Shown here: positions 18,225 through 28,999 of the stretch, piece after piece
Layout of the letters: each line of letters starts with the position of its first letter
Numbering within the stretch: the stretch's first letter is position 1
From: Escherichia phage vB_Ec-M-J
Reading direction: 5' to 3' (one strand)
DNA: 64,000 bases
Sequence record: OQ718158.1
Program-made: the position numbers and the translations under genes
The notes under the pieces: model-generated
What the model saw: the letters and a program-made list of their open reading frames with translations, nothing else
What the model was told of the DNA's origin: nothing
Databases searched by the model: none

Positions 18225-18596
18225 ATGAGTTATCGTGAAATATTTTCGATCATTACTATTATTGTGTTTAGTTTAGGTTCTTTGATTTGGTTATTGTATT
18301 ACTTCTGTGTAACCCCAGTATATAATATGCTAAATTCAGTACGCTCTGATGTTGGTATTGTTTCTTTTATTATCTTCATGGCATATTATATGCTAAGTAT
18401 CACAGGTTTGGTTTTGGTTGTTATCTTTGACCTTGGACCGAATCAAGATGGTATGGAGGTGTGGGAATTGATAACGATGTTTGCATGTATGATACCTGCA
18501 TTTGGTGTATGTGCTGGTGTATTTTATGGGTTATGTAAAGGTGTGAACTACTTAAAAAATATCCACAATACTATTCGTAAAAAACGTATGTTATAA
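18225..18596 (+). CDS. small multi-pass membrane protein, family B paralog 7
   Basis: 123-aa hydrophobic ORF; followed by bidirectional hairpin. Confidence 0.55.
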   Translation: MSYREIFSIITIIVFSLGSLIWLLYYFCVTPVYNMLNSVRSDVGIVSFIIFMAYYMLSITGLVLVVIFDLGPNQDGMEVWELITMFACMIPAFGVCAGVFYGLCKGVNYLKNIHNTIRKKRML

Positions 18597-18603
18597 TAAA
18601 AAA

Positions 18604-18626
18604 TCCAGTACTATAATAGTACTGGA
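18604..18626. terminator. bidirectional hairpin between convergent genes
   Basis: TCCAGTACTATAATAGTACTGGA in A/T-rich context. Confidence 0.55.
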
Positions 18627-18632
18627 TTAATT

Positions 18633-19757
18633 TTAATTATCTAAGCCACCAATTACACTGAACTGTGTGGTAACGTCTGAACTATTATCTATGTAAGTTC
18701 TTCGACCAACATAATATAGTTGTCCTTTTGCTTGAATAAAAGTTACGGTCCCTGTATTGAATGTTATAATATCATTGTATGTAATGTCAGGTGGTAGTGC
18801 TGCTGATAATGCAGTAACAGCACTTAATGCAGCACTAGCACTACCATTTATACCAGCAGCAATACTACCAGTACCATAGAACTTATTATCTTTACCAATG
18901 AATACGTTGGCTGATGCTTGTGTAGCTGATGTTATTGCCTTACCAATTTGGAATGCGGTTCCTATGGTGTATGGTGTGCTCCTGGCTGCGTCTATGCTTT
19001 GTGTATATCCATCCCCTAGCTGACCATTAACTTTGTCACCACATGAGTATAGAGTACCATTGAGGCTGTATATGATCCCACGGTTAGAGAAGCTAACAGC
19101 TTCTGCATTAGTCCATACTGGTGCGGTGTATGAGTTTACACGACTAGCGGTAGTTCCTAGACCTAGTATACCATATGTGTTATCACCACATCCAAACCAT
19201 TGTCCAGAACTGTTTTGATAGAACACTGAACGTTCTGTTGATTCCATGCGTACAGCATCCACAGCACCACTTTTAACGAACGAAGTGGATGAGGATGTAG
19301 TACCAGTACCCAATGCACCATAAGTGTTTGTACCAATCGCATAGATTGATCCTAGTGGTGTCATAACACGTATGCAGTTATATCCCAATTGAACTTTACA
19401 TTCAAATAGGTTGTCCCATATTTCAGGAACAGCAGAAAATAAATTTGTAATTTCGAACCATGATGTTGTCGAACCAGTTAATCCTATACTGCTTTTGTTT
19501 CCTAAAATGAAAACAGTTTTGTCCTTCTTAATTATCCATGATGATAGAAAGCCTATCTCACAGCTATGAACATTTGATTCGATTTGGGTAATATAATACT
19601 TAACGGTGTTATCACCCATAAATGCCGCAGCACCAGATGCAAAAAGGTTTCCAGTTTGTTTATTTAAAATGTAGTTATTGTTTCCATATACACTAACATC
19701 ATAAGAACTTTCTTGTTTTTCGTTCCCATAATCAAATAACAATACGAAAGGTAACAT
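18633..19757 (-). CDS. beta-propeller protein, RCC1-like repeats, divergent leader MLPFVLLFDYGN
   Basis: 374 aa; G/S/T/N-rich; motifs YGALGTG, YGILGLG, NGQLGDG. Confidence 0.75.
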   Translation of the reverse strand: MLPFVLLFDYGNEKQESSYDVSVYGNNNYILNKQTGNLFASGAAAFMGDNTVKYYITQIESNVHSCEIGFLSSWIIKKDKTVFILGNKSSIGLTGSTTSWFEITNLFSAVPEIWDNLFECKVQLGYNCIRVMTPLGSIYAIGTNTYGALGTGTTSSSTSFVKSGAVDAVRMESTERSVFYQNSSGQWFGCGDNTYGILGLGTTASRVNSYTAPVWTNAEAVSFSNRGIIYSLNGTLYSCGDKVNGQLGDGYTQSIDAARSTPYTIGTAFQIGKAITSATQASANVFIGKDNKFYGTGSIAAGINGSASAALSAVTALSAALPPDITYNDIITFNTGTVTFIQAKGQLYYVGRRTYIDNSSDVTTQFSVIGGLDN

Positions 19758-19834
19758 GATAAAATCTCCTTGTGTTATACTTTATTTAATCATTTTATAA
19801 TGTACAATTTTACAGCGATTTAATTGAGGTACTC

Positions 19835-20485
19835 ATGAATAAAAGAAGTAAGTTCTATCAAGAATATTTCACTAAACAGAAACGATTCACAAAAAAATAC
19901 TTTACATCATCCCACCGACCAGTTGCAAGTTACAAACGTCCTAATACTAACTATCTTACTGGTGGCAAGTTTAGTGCAAAGTTCGAATTACTTATGCGTG
20001 AAAAGAATATCAAGATGCATTACGCAGAGACAAGAAAAAACTCATCAATTATTTGTTCTGATTTTCTTGAGTACGGTTGCTTAACTTATAAATTCAATGA
20101 TGTATATTTGTATATTGATGTTGATTGTAACAGTACTCGTATGTTTGAGATTTCAATTCACCCAAATCACAACCGTTATATAAACATTAACTTGGTTGAT
20201 AAAGTACTGATTGGTATATCTAGTACTGATGGTGGTGGATTTGAATTTATTGCTTCAAAATATGATGAAGATTTCGTACTTTACCCAGTACTTGATGATG
20301 TGAAAGATATTCTCAATTCATTAAAAGGAAGTCAATACAAATTATCTGAAGAACAGCTATTTCAGTACTCACTTATTCATGATGATATCGAGATATACTT
20401 AGAGTGTGCGAGAATCTTGGAGTATCTTTATAATGAACTAACAACAACTGGTAAAGTGACAGCATTCACATTATATAATATGTAA
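19835..20485 (+). CDS. hypothetical protein (plus-strand gene embedded in propeller array)
   Basis: 216-aa ORF flanked by AGTACT hairpins on both sides. Confidence 0.55.
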   Translation: MNKRSKFYQEYFTKQKRFTKKYFTSSHRPVASYKRPNTNYLTGGKFSAKFELLMREKNIKMHYAETRKNSSIICSDFLEYGCLTYKFNDVYLYIDVDCNSTRMFEISIHPNHNRYININLVDKVLIGISSTDGGGFEFIASKYDEDFVLYPVLDDVKDILNSLKGSQYKLSEEQLFQYSLIHDDIEIYLECARILEYLYNELTTTGKVTAFTLYNM

Positions 20486-20493
20486 AAGAAAAA

Positions 20494-20512
20494 GCCAGTA
20501 CATAGTACTGGC
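20494..20512. terminator. bidirectional hairpin between convergent genes
   Basis: GCCAGTACATAGTACTGGC flanked by A and T runs. Confidence 0.55.
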
Positions 20513-20518
20513 TTTATA

Positions 20519-21652
20519 TTAAACTGGTGGAGAATTATATGGCTCAAATTTATAAGTTGTCGTAGCAGTACCAGCAATGGCGTTGTTAGCTAGTATGTAC
20601 ATAGTCCTATAGTCGATTACTACCACAGTAATACTACCACCAAAAGCATAGTCTGTTATGTTATTAGTGTTGAATGGTAAATTAGATGAACTGGTCCATG
20701 TATTAGCTGTTGTGCTATTTGTACCATTGGAATAGCCGACACTAGATGCACCAGTTGTCCATAAGTTTCCATCATTGAACAACGATACATGGTTAGCTGT
20801 ATATGATTTATTAGGTATAGAACTATCAATTGGCGTATTCCAAACTTTAGTAACCCATGTTGTGACGGCTGTATTATTAGTAACACCATTACCTAACGAA
20901 CCATTTATTGGTATACCTCTTATATAAGAAGTGTTAGTACTAGGGTCAACATATCCAAATGTATATGTATCAAATGCAAATTGAAAACAATCAGAACTCG
21001 GTAATGTGTACAGTAATGTATATGAAGACGTGATTATTGATGAATTTGTACCGTTCACGCCTTGGTATAAAATACCACTACCCAATATTTGATTATTATT
21101 TTTTGTTATAGCAGTCATAGATGGATATGTTTTTACTTCACGCACATCATTAGTTACATATGTTTGTGTTGATAATGCAACATTACTACCATTACCAATA
21201 ACACCTGTATTTGCACCGCTTCCATAAAGTGAACCATCATTCAAAAGTACCATTGTGGCATTACTATTTCCAGTAATTGTTTTAATATTACTAACATCCA
21301 CCGCAGCAAATACAGTTGATGTTAAATCAGTGAAACGTGTATAATGTGATGTTGTGCCATTGATTGGTGTCGCAAAACCAGAATACAAAATTCTATTTTC
21401 TTTGGTAATAAGGAATGTTCCAGTAACACCGTTTGAATGGATATCAATAATATTATCGCCCATTAATACCCAATCACTTACGAATGTTGTACCAGCACCC
21501 AACCCATATGTCGTATTGTATCCACGTCCATACACTCTACCATCACTGAGTAATGTTACCACACATTGACCACCACCACCAAGGATAACTTTTTGGATAG
21601 TACTCTTTACTTTTATATTCCCGTACTTAACCATTCTTGCAAAAGGTAACAT
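20519..21652 (-). CDS. beta-propeller protein, RCC1-like, leader MLPFARMVKYGN
   Basis: 377 aa; conserved leader and upstream cassette with AAGGAGG RBS. Confidence 0.8.
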   Translation of the reverse strand: MLPFARMVKYGNIKVKSTIQKVILGGGGQCVVTLLSDGRVYGRGYNTTYGLGAGTTFVSDWVLMGDNIIDIHSNGVTGTFLITKENRILYSGFATPINGTTSHYTRFTDLTSTVFAAVDVSNIKTITGNSNATMVLLNDGSLYGSGANTGVIGNGSNVALSTQTYVTNDVREVKTYPSMTAITKNNNQILGSGILYQGVNGTNSSIITSSYTLLYTLPSSDCFQFAFDTYTFGYVDPSTNTSYIRGIPINGSLGNGVTNNTAVTTWVTKVWNTPIDSSIPNKSYTANHVSLFNDGNLWTTGASSVGYSNGTNSTTANTWTSSSNLPFNTNNITDYAFGGSITVVVIDYRTMYILANNAIAGTATTTYKFEPYNSPPV

Positions 21653-21696
21653 AATTCCCTCCTTTATTCTTTATACTATATTTAATCAAAAAGAAA

Positions 21697-21715
21697 AGCC
21701 AGTACTCTGTACTGG
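21697..21715 (-). terminator. inter-cassette terminator hairpin of propeller array (representative)
   Basis: GCCAGTACAGAGTACTGGC followed by TTTTCTTTTT on minus strand; same design between most paralogs. Confidence 0.6.
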
Positions 21716-21722
21716 CATTATT

Positions 21723-22883
21723 TTAAATTGGTGAATCTTCAACAAATATAGTACTAGCAGTACCACCAGATACTAGGTTAGTACCACTTGAATATATTTT
21801 GTTTCCATCTGTCATATATGTTTTACCATAGCAACTTTGGATTTTAACATCTTTGAAATTCAAATCAGGAGTAATAGATTTAGTGTAAGTTAATACGTTA
21901 GTAGTTGAACCTGTACTTAATTGTCCATAGTATGAAGTCGCTGAGTTATTACCAGCAACGTATACACCTGTGTCAGTAATAACAAAGTTAGAGTAATATC
22001 CGTACCCATATCCTATATCTAATATATTTCCTTGTGGTTGATTTGCCACAACAGTTGTCAATATGTTGGTTGATGCTGCTGTATTAGTAGCAGCCTGTCC
22101 ATATGATTGGTCACCACCAGTATACACAGTAACAACAGACGTACTATTGTTTCTAGCAATACCTTGAACCATACCATTAACAGTACTTATAAATGCTATA
22201 GTACTAACAGTTGCTGGTAATCTATCTGATAATGCGAATACATTATAAAAACTCACGGTTGAAGTACTGTTAGTATCACCCTTAACTTCACCTGTGTAAT
22301 ATAGTCTACCACTTTCGGCAATAAACGAACACATGTTTATACCTGCAATAATCCTTTTCGGAACCGCACCACTTGGTATAATTGATTGTACTAAAGTAGA
22401 GAAACTGTTAGAATAAGAAGCATTCCCAAGCTGCCCTCCTGTGTTATAACCACCACTCCAAATTGTCCCATTACTCATAAGTATTGAAATGAAGTTATTC
22501 CCTAGTGATATTTCTGAAATTGTTCCTTGGGAATTAACTTGATTAATAACAGTTTGCATAGAAGTCCATGCATTAACAGATGATGTACCCATACACACAT
22601 TGTATTGTCGCCCTGTGTATTGATATGTACCATCTGATTTGTGAATCATTGTAGCATACTGACCACACCATACATCAATGACATCCGATGCAGTTACTGT
22701 CCATGATGTTCTGGTTGTATTGTCTCCTAAACCCAACTGACCACTTGAATTGGAACCACGGGTATATAATTTACCATTACTACCCAATACCATAACCCAG
22801 TTATACCCTGCAACTAATTTTTTAATGGCAGCAGGGGATGGTGCAATGTTCCCGTAATCAAACAATCTTACAAAAGGTAACAT
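21723..22883 (-). CDS. beta-propeller protein, RCC1-like, leader MLPFVRLFDYGN
   Basis: track ORF trimmed to MLPF start (AAGGAG RBS); motifs SGQLGLGDN, GGQLGN. Confidence 0.8.
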   Translation of the reverse strand: MLPFVRLFDYGNIAPSPAAIKKLVAGYNWVMVLGSNGKLYTRGSNSSGQLGLGDNTTRTSWTVTASDVIDVWCGQYATMIHKSDGTYQYTGRQYNVCMGTSSVNAWTSMQTVINQVNSQGTISEISLGNNFISILMSNGTIWSGGYNTGGQLGNASYSNSFSTLVQSIIPSGAVPKRIIAGINMCSFIAESGRLYYTGEVKGDTNSTSTVSFYNVFALSDRLPATVSTIAFISTVNGMVQGIARNNSTSVVTVYTGGDQSYGQAATNTAASTNILTTVVANQPQGNILDIGYGYGYYSNFVITDTGVYVAGNNSATSYYGQLSTGSTTNVLTYTKSITPDLNFKDVKIQSCYGKTYMTDGNKIYSSGTNLVSGGTASTIFVEDSPI

Positions 22884-22896
22884 TTTTTTCTCCTTA

Positions 22897-24045
22897 TTAT
22901 ATTGATGGCATATCCAACACATATGAGTTGCTAGTAATTGATGAATATGTAGAATTTAAACCTGTACTATAAACATAATCACCTGCCCATAAGAATGTTC
23001 TATCCAATGTTGTATGTATTTCAATATCATCATATGATGATAATGATATTTGTGCTAGTGTATATGTAGTAGCATCAATGTTTGAACCAATACCCAAAGT
23101 ACCATTGTATTGTGATTGGGAGTTTTGACCAGTTGCATATATACCAGATTTGGTTATTAAATGCTGATTGTACATTGACGTACCTTTAAACAATTTAATT
23201 AAATTAGAGTTAGGTGTAGTTATTGGTGCAGGAGCAAGTATTGTTGTTGTAGTGCCACCATCACCTAATTGTCCATATCGTTGGTAACCACCAGCGTATA
23301 CCTGTTTAACTCCAGCCGTAGTTTCAATAATAAAGAATGAACCATAGCCAGTAGTATTAAAGTCTATAATTTTATTTGTACTCAAACCAACATTATATCT
23401 AGTAAATGTTGTTGCATTTGCTGAACCACCAGCATTCCCACCTACCATTTGCCCACTATAATAAAATGCTCCAGTACTGTCAGTATAAGCCATACAGTTC
23501 TCACTACCATAGATTTTTACTGGTGTACTGGGGAAACTAGAGGTTATATTCACACATGTATTATATTTTGCAGTAGTTCCAGTAATTTCACCATTGTTGT
23601 TTTGCCCAATTACCCAAACTGTGTCATCCGAACGTATAGCCATTGAGCTATAAAACGAGGATACAAATTGTTTAATAAAGGAACCAGGGAGAGAAGTAAG
23701 CATACTATTGATTTGTGCACTCACATTGGTCCATGTATTCACAACTGAATTGACACCTGCGGCTGCACCTGAACCAGAACTCCACCATGATTCATCATTC
23801 TTTTTAATCAATGTACCATTAGCAGAGCAATAAACATCAGCAACTGAACTATTAACTAATATCCATGCCCTCGCTGCTGTTGTATTACCAGTACCTAGCT
23901 GTCCTGCTGCATTACTACCCTTAGCATATAAATCTCCATTCTGCGTTAAAAGCATAGCATGTTGGTATCCAGTTGACAATTTCTTTATTTTTGGTAATGC
24001 TGGTGCTTCATTTCCATAATCAAACATTCTAACAAAAGGTAACAT
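22897..24045 (-). CDS. beta-propeller protein, RCC1-like, leader MLPFVRMFDYGN
   Basis: 382 aa; motifs AGQLGTGN, YGQLGDGG. Confidence 0.8.
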   Translation of the reverse strand: MLPFVRMFDYGNEAPALPKIKKLSTGYQHAMLLTQNGDLYAKGSNAAGQLGTGNTTAARAWILVNSSVADVYCSANGTLIKKNDESWWSSGSGAAAGVNSVVNTWTNVSAQINSMLTSLPGSFIKQFVSSFYSSMAIRSDDTVWVIGQNNNGEITGTTAKYNTCVNITSSFPSTPVKIYGSENCMAYTDSTGAFYYSGQMVGGNAGGSANATTFTRYNVGLSTNKIIDFNTTGYGSFFIIETTAGVKQVYAGGYQRYGQLGDGGTTTTILAPAPITTPNSNLIKLFKGTSMYNQHLITKSGIYATGQNSQSQYNGTLGIGSNIDATTYTLAQISLSSYDDIEIHTTLDRTFLWAGDYVYSTGLNSTYSSITSNSYVLDMPSI

Positions 24046-24116
24046 AATTCCCTCCTTTATTCATTATACTATATTTAATCAAAAAGAAAAGCCAGTACTC
24101 AAGTACTGGCATTATC

Positions 24117-25295
24117 TTAAAATTGTGGTAGTTGGTATTCAGTTAATGTCCATGTACCTGTAACTGTTCCATTCGGGGACATCCCTGTGTAGTATAATTT
24201 GCCACCAGCGTATACAAATAATGCATTGTCATTAGCAGCAACCATCGAAGTTTCTGGATCAAATACTACAGAAATTGGTAATTGTGATTGAACAAATACT
24301 GACGCATTGGTAGTTGAATTGTTACCAAGTTGTCCATAGTTGTTATACCCAGTACTGAAAATACGGCTACCATTTCTATATAATATACCCCTAGTACTTT
24401 GTGAATGTAGATCTATAAATTCAAAATCGGAAACATTAGTTAATTGCAAATAAGTACTTTGTGGAGTTAGTGCTGTCTTATTCGTATTGGTTGTAACTCC
24501 ATTACCTAATTGACCGTAAAATTGTGATCCTAAACCATATAGCGGATAAGTACCATCTGAATAAAGAACTATACCCAACATCTTATTATGTGAAAGAATA
24601 TCTATTGGATATTTCCCTGTACCAAAGTCGTATCTAGTCCAAGACGTTAATGTAGCCGACGCTGCCCCAGTTAACAAAGTACCAGTGGTAGTTGTGCCAC
24701 ATCGCCACGCTGAATTATCATTCTTAATTATCCAAGTTGGACTATTAAAAAATGAACTAACCTTTTTAACATTAATATTGACCTGGGTTAATTCTGTAAG
24801 CATTGATGAACTTGAACCCAACTCATATGTGGAGTTATTACCTATTGCATAAAGAACCCCACTATTTGTTAGTACAAACAAATTACGAACATTAGGATAT
24901 ATCTCTTTAATATCATCAATATTAATACCCGAAAAATAAGAAGTACATTCCACAAAGGTAGTACTTTGTACTTCACTCGATGCACCTGTCCAGGTGTTCC
25001 ATCCTGCATAATAAAATTTATTATCATTAGTCTGTACTAAGCTATATGAAGAGTTCCTAGTGCACCAGAAATTTTTCACATTTTGCATTAATCGAACCCA
25101 TGATGTCTGTGTTGTAGTATTACCCAGTCCGAAAATACCAGCATTGTTTCCACCGATACCCCACAAATCACCGTTACTATACTGTAGCATCAATGTATTG
25201 TTGGTGAACGCTGATGGTGCTTGCATTTTAATTACATTAGCTGATGGTGCAGGTTTAATATTCCCGTACTTAACCATTCTTGCAAAAGGTAACAT
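24117..25295 (-). CDS. beta-propeller protein, RCC1-like, leader MLPFARMVKYGN
   Basis: 392 aa; motifs YGQLGNGV, YGQLGNNS. Confidence 0.8.
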   Translation of the reverse strand: MLPFARMVKYGNIKPAPSANVIKMQAPSAFTNNTLMLQYSNGDLWGIGGNNAGIFGLGNTTTQTSWVRLMQNVKNFWCTRNSSYSLVQTNDNKFYYAGWNTWTGASSEVQSTTFVECTSYFSGINIDDIKEIYPNVRNLFVLTNSGVLYAIGNNSTYELGSSSSMLTELTQVNINVKKVSSFFNSPTWIIKNDNSAWRCGTTTTGTLLTGAASATLTSWTRYDFGTGKYPIDILSHNKMLGIVLYSDGTYPLYGLGSQFYGQLGNGVTTNTNKTALTPQSTYLQLTNVSDFEFIDLHSQSTRGILYRNGSRIFSTGYNNYGQLGNNSTTNASVFVQSQLPISVVFDPETSMVAANDNALFVYAGGKLYYTGMSPNGTVTGTWTLTEYQLPQF

Positions 25296-25370
25296 ATATT
25301 TTTCCTCCTTTATTCATTATACTATATTTAATCAAAACGAAATGCCAGCACTCAAGTACTGGCATTATTG

Positions 25371-26561
25371 TTATAGTTGTCTTGGAGTATCAAGTACATA
25401 TCTATTTGTACTAGGACCACCATCATCATAAGTTCCGGTTGAATATATATTTTTCATATCAGCAGTTAGGAAAGTACGTAACGACCCTCGATATATTTTT
25501 ATTTTATCATACATAGAATATGTTATTTCTGACGGCAATGGACATGCAGTAAATTTACCAATGGTAACATTAGAACCAACACCCAATGAACCAGCATAAC
25601 TACTCGCATTTAAACCTGTTGCATATACACCAGAACTCGTAACTAGTATACTAGATTGTGCTGGGTATCCAGTATGAATTGAATACAAAGTACCGGGTGG
25701 TAAGGTTGTACTATTATTTCCTAATACTGCTCGTGCTGTACTAGACGTAGTGTTATTACCCCATGCCCCATTATTGGCGTTCCCACCCACTAGGAACTGA
25801 CGTGCTCCTGTACTTGGATTCTCCACTAAAGCACTGACTGCACCAATTGTACATACAACATATTGTAATGTTTTTGTATATGTTGTACTTGGCTGATATA
25901 AAGTATATTGATTGTATGGAGTCCATGTATCAGTAGTACTTATACCTGATGTACTACCACCAATATATAAATTATTTTGTGTATCATAAAACATTACACA
26001 GCTATTTGTTGACTGTATTCGTGCAATATCAACATTAGGCGTGACAGCTTTTACAAATGATCCATCTGTTATTTGCTGAGTACTACCAGTACCATCAGCG
26101 AATTGTCTAGCCCCACTCCAACCAGTACTCCATATTGTATTATTATCCATTAAGAAAGTAAACCAAGTAGTACCTGCATACATCTGTTTAATTGAAGTAC
26201 CTGAACTTTGTGTGTACAAATTTTCAATATATTGGTTATAACTTAAAAATGATGTAGTACTAGTTTCTAAACCAATATGACTACCATATCCACAATAAAA
26301 ATAATTTAAGTCCTTATCTTGAACTAACAAAGTTCCTTGTGTCATCCAGCAATCTTTGACATTTTCTCTAATTAATGTCCACGACCTTACTGCATTATTA
26401 TTTCCGCGACCGAACTTCCCATAACTATTATTTCCTCGTGCGTATAGTTGACCGTCAGTATAAAGTACAACCACATCAGTATCAGTTGGTATTATTTTCT
26501 TAATTAGAAGAGGTTCAGGTGTGATATTCCCATAATCAAACAATCTAACAAAAGGTAACAT
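25371..26561 (-). CDS. beta-propeller protein, RCC1-like, leader MLPFVRLFDYGN
   Basis: 396 aa; conserved leader and cassette. Confidence 0.8.
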   Translation of the reverse strand: MLPFVRLFDYGNITPEPLLIKKIIPTDTDVVVLYTDGQLYARGNNSYGKFGRGNNNAVRSWTLIRENVKDCWMTQGTLLVQDKDLNYFYCGYGSHIGLETSTTSFLSYNQYIENLYTQSSGTSIKQMYAGTTWFTFLMDNNTIWSTGWSGARQFADGTGSTQQITDGSFVKAVTPNVDIARIQSTNSCVMFYDTQNNLYIGGSTSGISTTDTWTPYNQYTLYQPSTTYTKTLQYVVCTIGAVSALVENPSTGARQFLVGGNANNGAWGNNTTSSTARAVLGNNSTTLPPGTLYSIHTGYPAQSSILVTSSGVYATGLNASSYAGSLGVGSNVTIGKFTACPLPSEITYSMYDKIKIYRGSLRTFLTADMKNIYSTGTYDDGGPSTNRYVLDTPRQL

Positions 26562-26631
26562 ATTTTCCTCCTTTATTCATAATACTATATTTAACCAAAA
26601 AGAAAAGCCAGTACTTGATACTGGCGTAATG

Positions 26632-27774
26632 TCAATAAGCTTCCCACGGTAAGGGTGTCTTCCTAAATCCATACCTGGTTGTGGTCGCACCATCACCAGC
26701 AATGTATCGACCGATACCACATTGGTATAACTCTGTACTACTACATATAGCACCACCAATAGTACCACTACTCCACAGAATTATATTAGAATATGTTATT
26801 GGTAAATCACTACATTTAGTATATACACCAACGGTAGCAGTCCCACTAATACCACCAAACATACTTCGGTTAGCACCAGTATAATATATACCATCTGGAC
26901 TCATAAATGCAGAGGTGTAAGTTGTACTACAATCCACTGGACTTCTTATAGTATTAAGATCGCCTGGGTATGTCCTGACACCAAAGGTGTATACATTACC
27001 ATCAGTTGTAATACCATTACCTAACTGCCCACTGTTTTGTCCACCACATGTAAGCAACAATGCAGAACCAGAAACAATTGCAGTAGCATTATACGAAGTA
27101 CCCATCGCAATAGAAGCACCAGACAATAGTTTTGGAGTAACAATAGCTGTTGTATTACCCTGGCCTAATTCACCATTGATATTTCGTCCCCATGCGTATA
27201 TAGAAGTTGTATCCAATCGACATAGTACTGAACCATAACTAAACGTATATCGCATGTCAATTACCGCATTAGGCAAATTAACCTTAGTTGCAACACTAAT
27301 AACACCACCAGTAACACCACTGTTTGCGTTCATGTTACGACCATATGCATATAAAGAACCATCTGAAGTTTTAATATGCATCATACCATCTGTACAATAC
27401 AATGCATCTATACTATCCACTGCAACCGGACCCATACTGGTAGTTATATCGGTCCACCCAAGCGTGGTAGTACTGGAAATTAAGTTATTTCCGGCGTATA
27501 GTATTCTATTATTATTAGTAACTACAACTGTATATCTGGCAGTAACACCAATTAATCGAACATCAGTATATATCTTAGACCACGCACCTAATGAATTGGT
27601 GTTTGCATCCAAAAAGCCCAACTGCCCATCTGTATTGTATCCAATACCCCATACATCACCTGCACTGTCCAATAACACTTCATGTGAAAATCCAATCTTA
27701 AAATCTTTTATTGTAGGAACTACCGGAACTGGTGCAATATTCCCGTACTTAACCATTCTAGCAAAAGGTAACAT
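26632..27774 (-). CDS. beta-propeller protein, RCC1-like, leader MLPFARMVKYGN
   Basis: 380 aa; motifs DGQLGF, SGQLGNG, NGELGQGN. Confidence 0.8.
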   Translation of the reverse strand: MLPFARMVKYGNIAPVPVVPTIKDFKIGFSHEVLLDSAGDVWGIGYNTDGQLGFLDANTNSLGAWSKIYTDVRLIGVTARYTVVVTNNNRILYAGNNLISSTTTLGWTDITTSMGPVAVDSIDALYCTDGMMHIKTSDGSLYAYGRNMNANSGVTGGVISVATKVNLPNAVIDMRYTFSYGSVLCRLDTTSIYAWGRNINGELGQGNTTAIVTPKLLSGASIAMGTSYNATAIVSGSALLLTCGGQNSGQLGNGITTDGNVYTFGVRTYPGDLNTIRSPVDCSTTYTSAFMSPDGIYYTGANRSMFGGISGTATVGVYTKCSDLPITYSNIILWSSGTIGGAICSSTELYQCGIGRYIAGDGATTTRYGFRKTPLPWEAY

Positions 27775-27850
27775 AATTCCCTCCTTTATTCATTATACTA
27801 TATTTAATACAAAAAAGAAAAGCCAGCACTCAAGTACTGGCATTTTAATT

Positions 27851-28999
27851 TTAACGAGGTATAACTATTTTTTTGAATAATCCAGTATTTCCTGCATTTT
27901 CTTCTTCATATGGAATTGTACCCATACCAGCAGTTCTGCCACCATTCCCTGAACCATACAGTTCTCCATTCTTAATCATGAATGTTATCATATAACCATG
28001 TGTCATTTTATCATATGGAACTGGTTCAGTTATATTATTACATGCTCGCCATGTACTAATAACACTAGAGTTCGTTATACCATCACCTGATGCGTTTCCT
28101 CGACCAGCGAAATACCATATCCCACCTGCTCTAACGTGTGCTTCATAATTAGAACCACCTATGTAATCAATCGCAGTACTAGGAATACTAGAAGCTGGTA
28201 TCTTTGTGATTGTTCTAAGACTGTTAATAGTGCCATTAGTACCATCACCCAACTGTCCATATATTTGTGAACCGAATACATATAGCCCATCACTCTTTAA
28301 TACGTAATTAGCACTATATGCATTTTCTGAATTTACCTGTAATACTCCAGTAGTAACAGTAGTCAATGTGGTGGTAGTTGTACCAGTCGAACCAATACTA
28401 GATTTATTCCCACTGTACTTTAATATTCCATTATTGTATAATACAAATGAAGCATTATCAGCGGTTACACCAATATCTTTAACATCAACTTCTGGTGTCA
28501 ATGTCAGTACTGATACTCTTTGGTCAACAGCCCCAGTAAAAACTTCACCGTTGTTATTGTAACCCATCTTATATAATTTATTATCTATTGTTAATAATAA
28601 TGTAACGCCGTTTCCTATAACTATTTTACTATATGTGTCATTCACATCATCAAAAATACCAAGTATTTCTGTCCATACACGATAAGTAGTATTAACACCA
28701 CGATAGATTTGAGCACCAGTACTCCACCATGTGCCATCATTTTTACGTACTAATATTCCATGTGTATTACCAGTAGTCCAAAATTCCTTTACATCAGTTA
28801 AACATAAAACCCACTCTTCAACTATAGTAGGAGAACTACTACCAGTACCTAATTGATAGTAAAAATTATGCCCTCTGCCATATAATCTTCCGTCTTCTAA
28901 TAAAATAAACACATTATTCTGTAAAACTTTTACCATCTTTATACCAACTGGCACAGGTGCTTCATTCCCATAATCAAACATTCTAACAAAAGGTAACAT
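27851..28999 (-). CDS. beta-propeller protein, RCC1-like, leader MLPFVRMFDYGN
   Basis: 382 aa; motifs YYQLGTGS, YGQLGDGT. Confidence 0.8.
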   Translation of the reverse strand: MLPFVRMFDYGNEAPVPVGIKMVKVLQNNVFILLEDGRLYGRGHNFYYQLGTGSSSPTIVEEWVLCLTDVKEFWTTGNTHGILVRKNDGTWWSTGAQIYRGVNTTYRVWTEILGIFDDVNDTYSKIVIGNGVTLLLTIDNKLYKMGYNNNGEVFTGAVDQRVSVLTLTPEVDVKDIGVTADNASFVLYNNGILKYSGNKSSIGSTGTTTTTLTTVTTGVLQVNSENAYSANYVLKSDGLYVFGSQIYGQLGDGTNGTINSLRTITKIPASSIPSTAIDYIGGSNYEAHVRAGGIWYFAGRGNASGDGITNSSVISTWRACNNITEPVPYDKMTHGYMITFMIKNGELYGSGNGGRTAGMGTIPYEEENAGNTGLFKKIVIPR

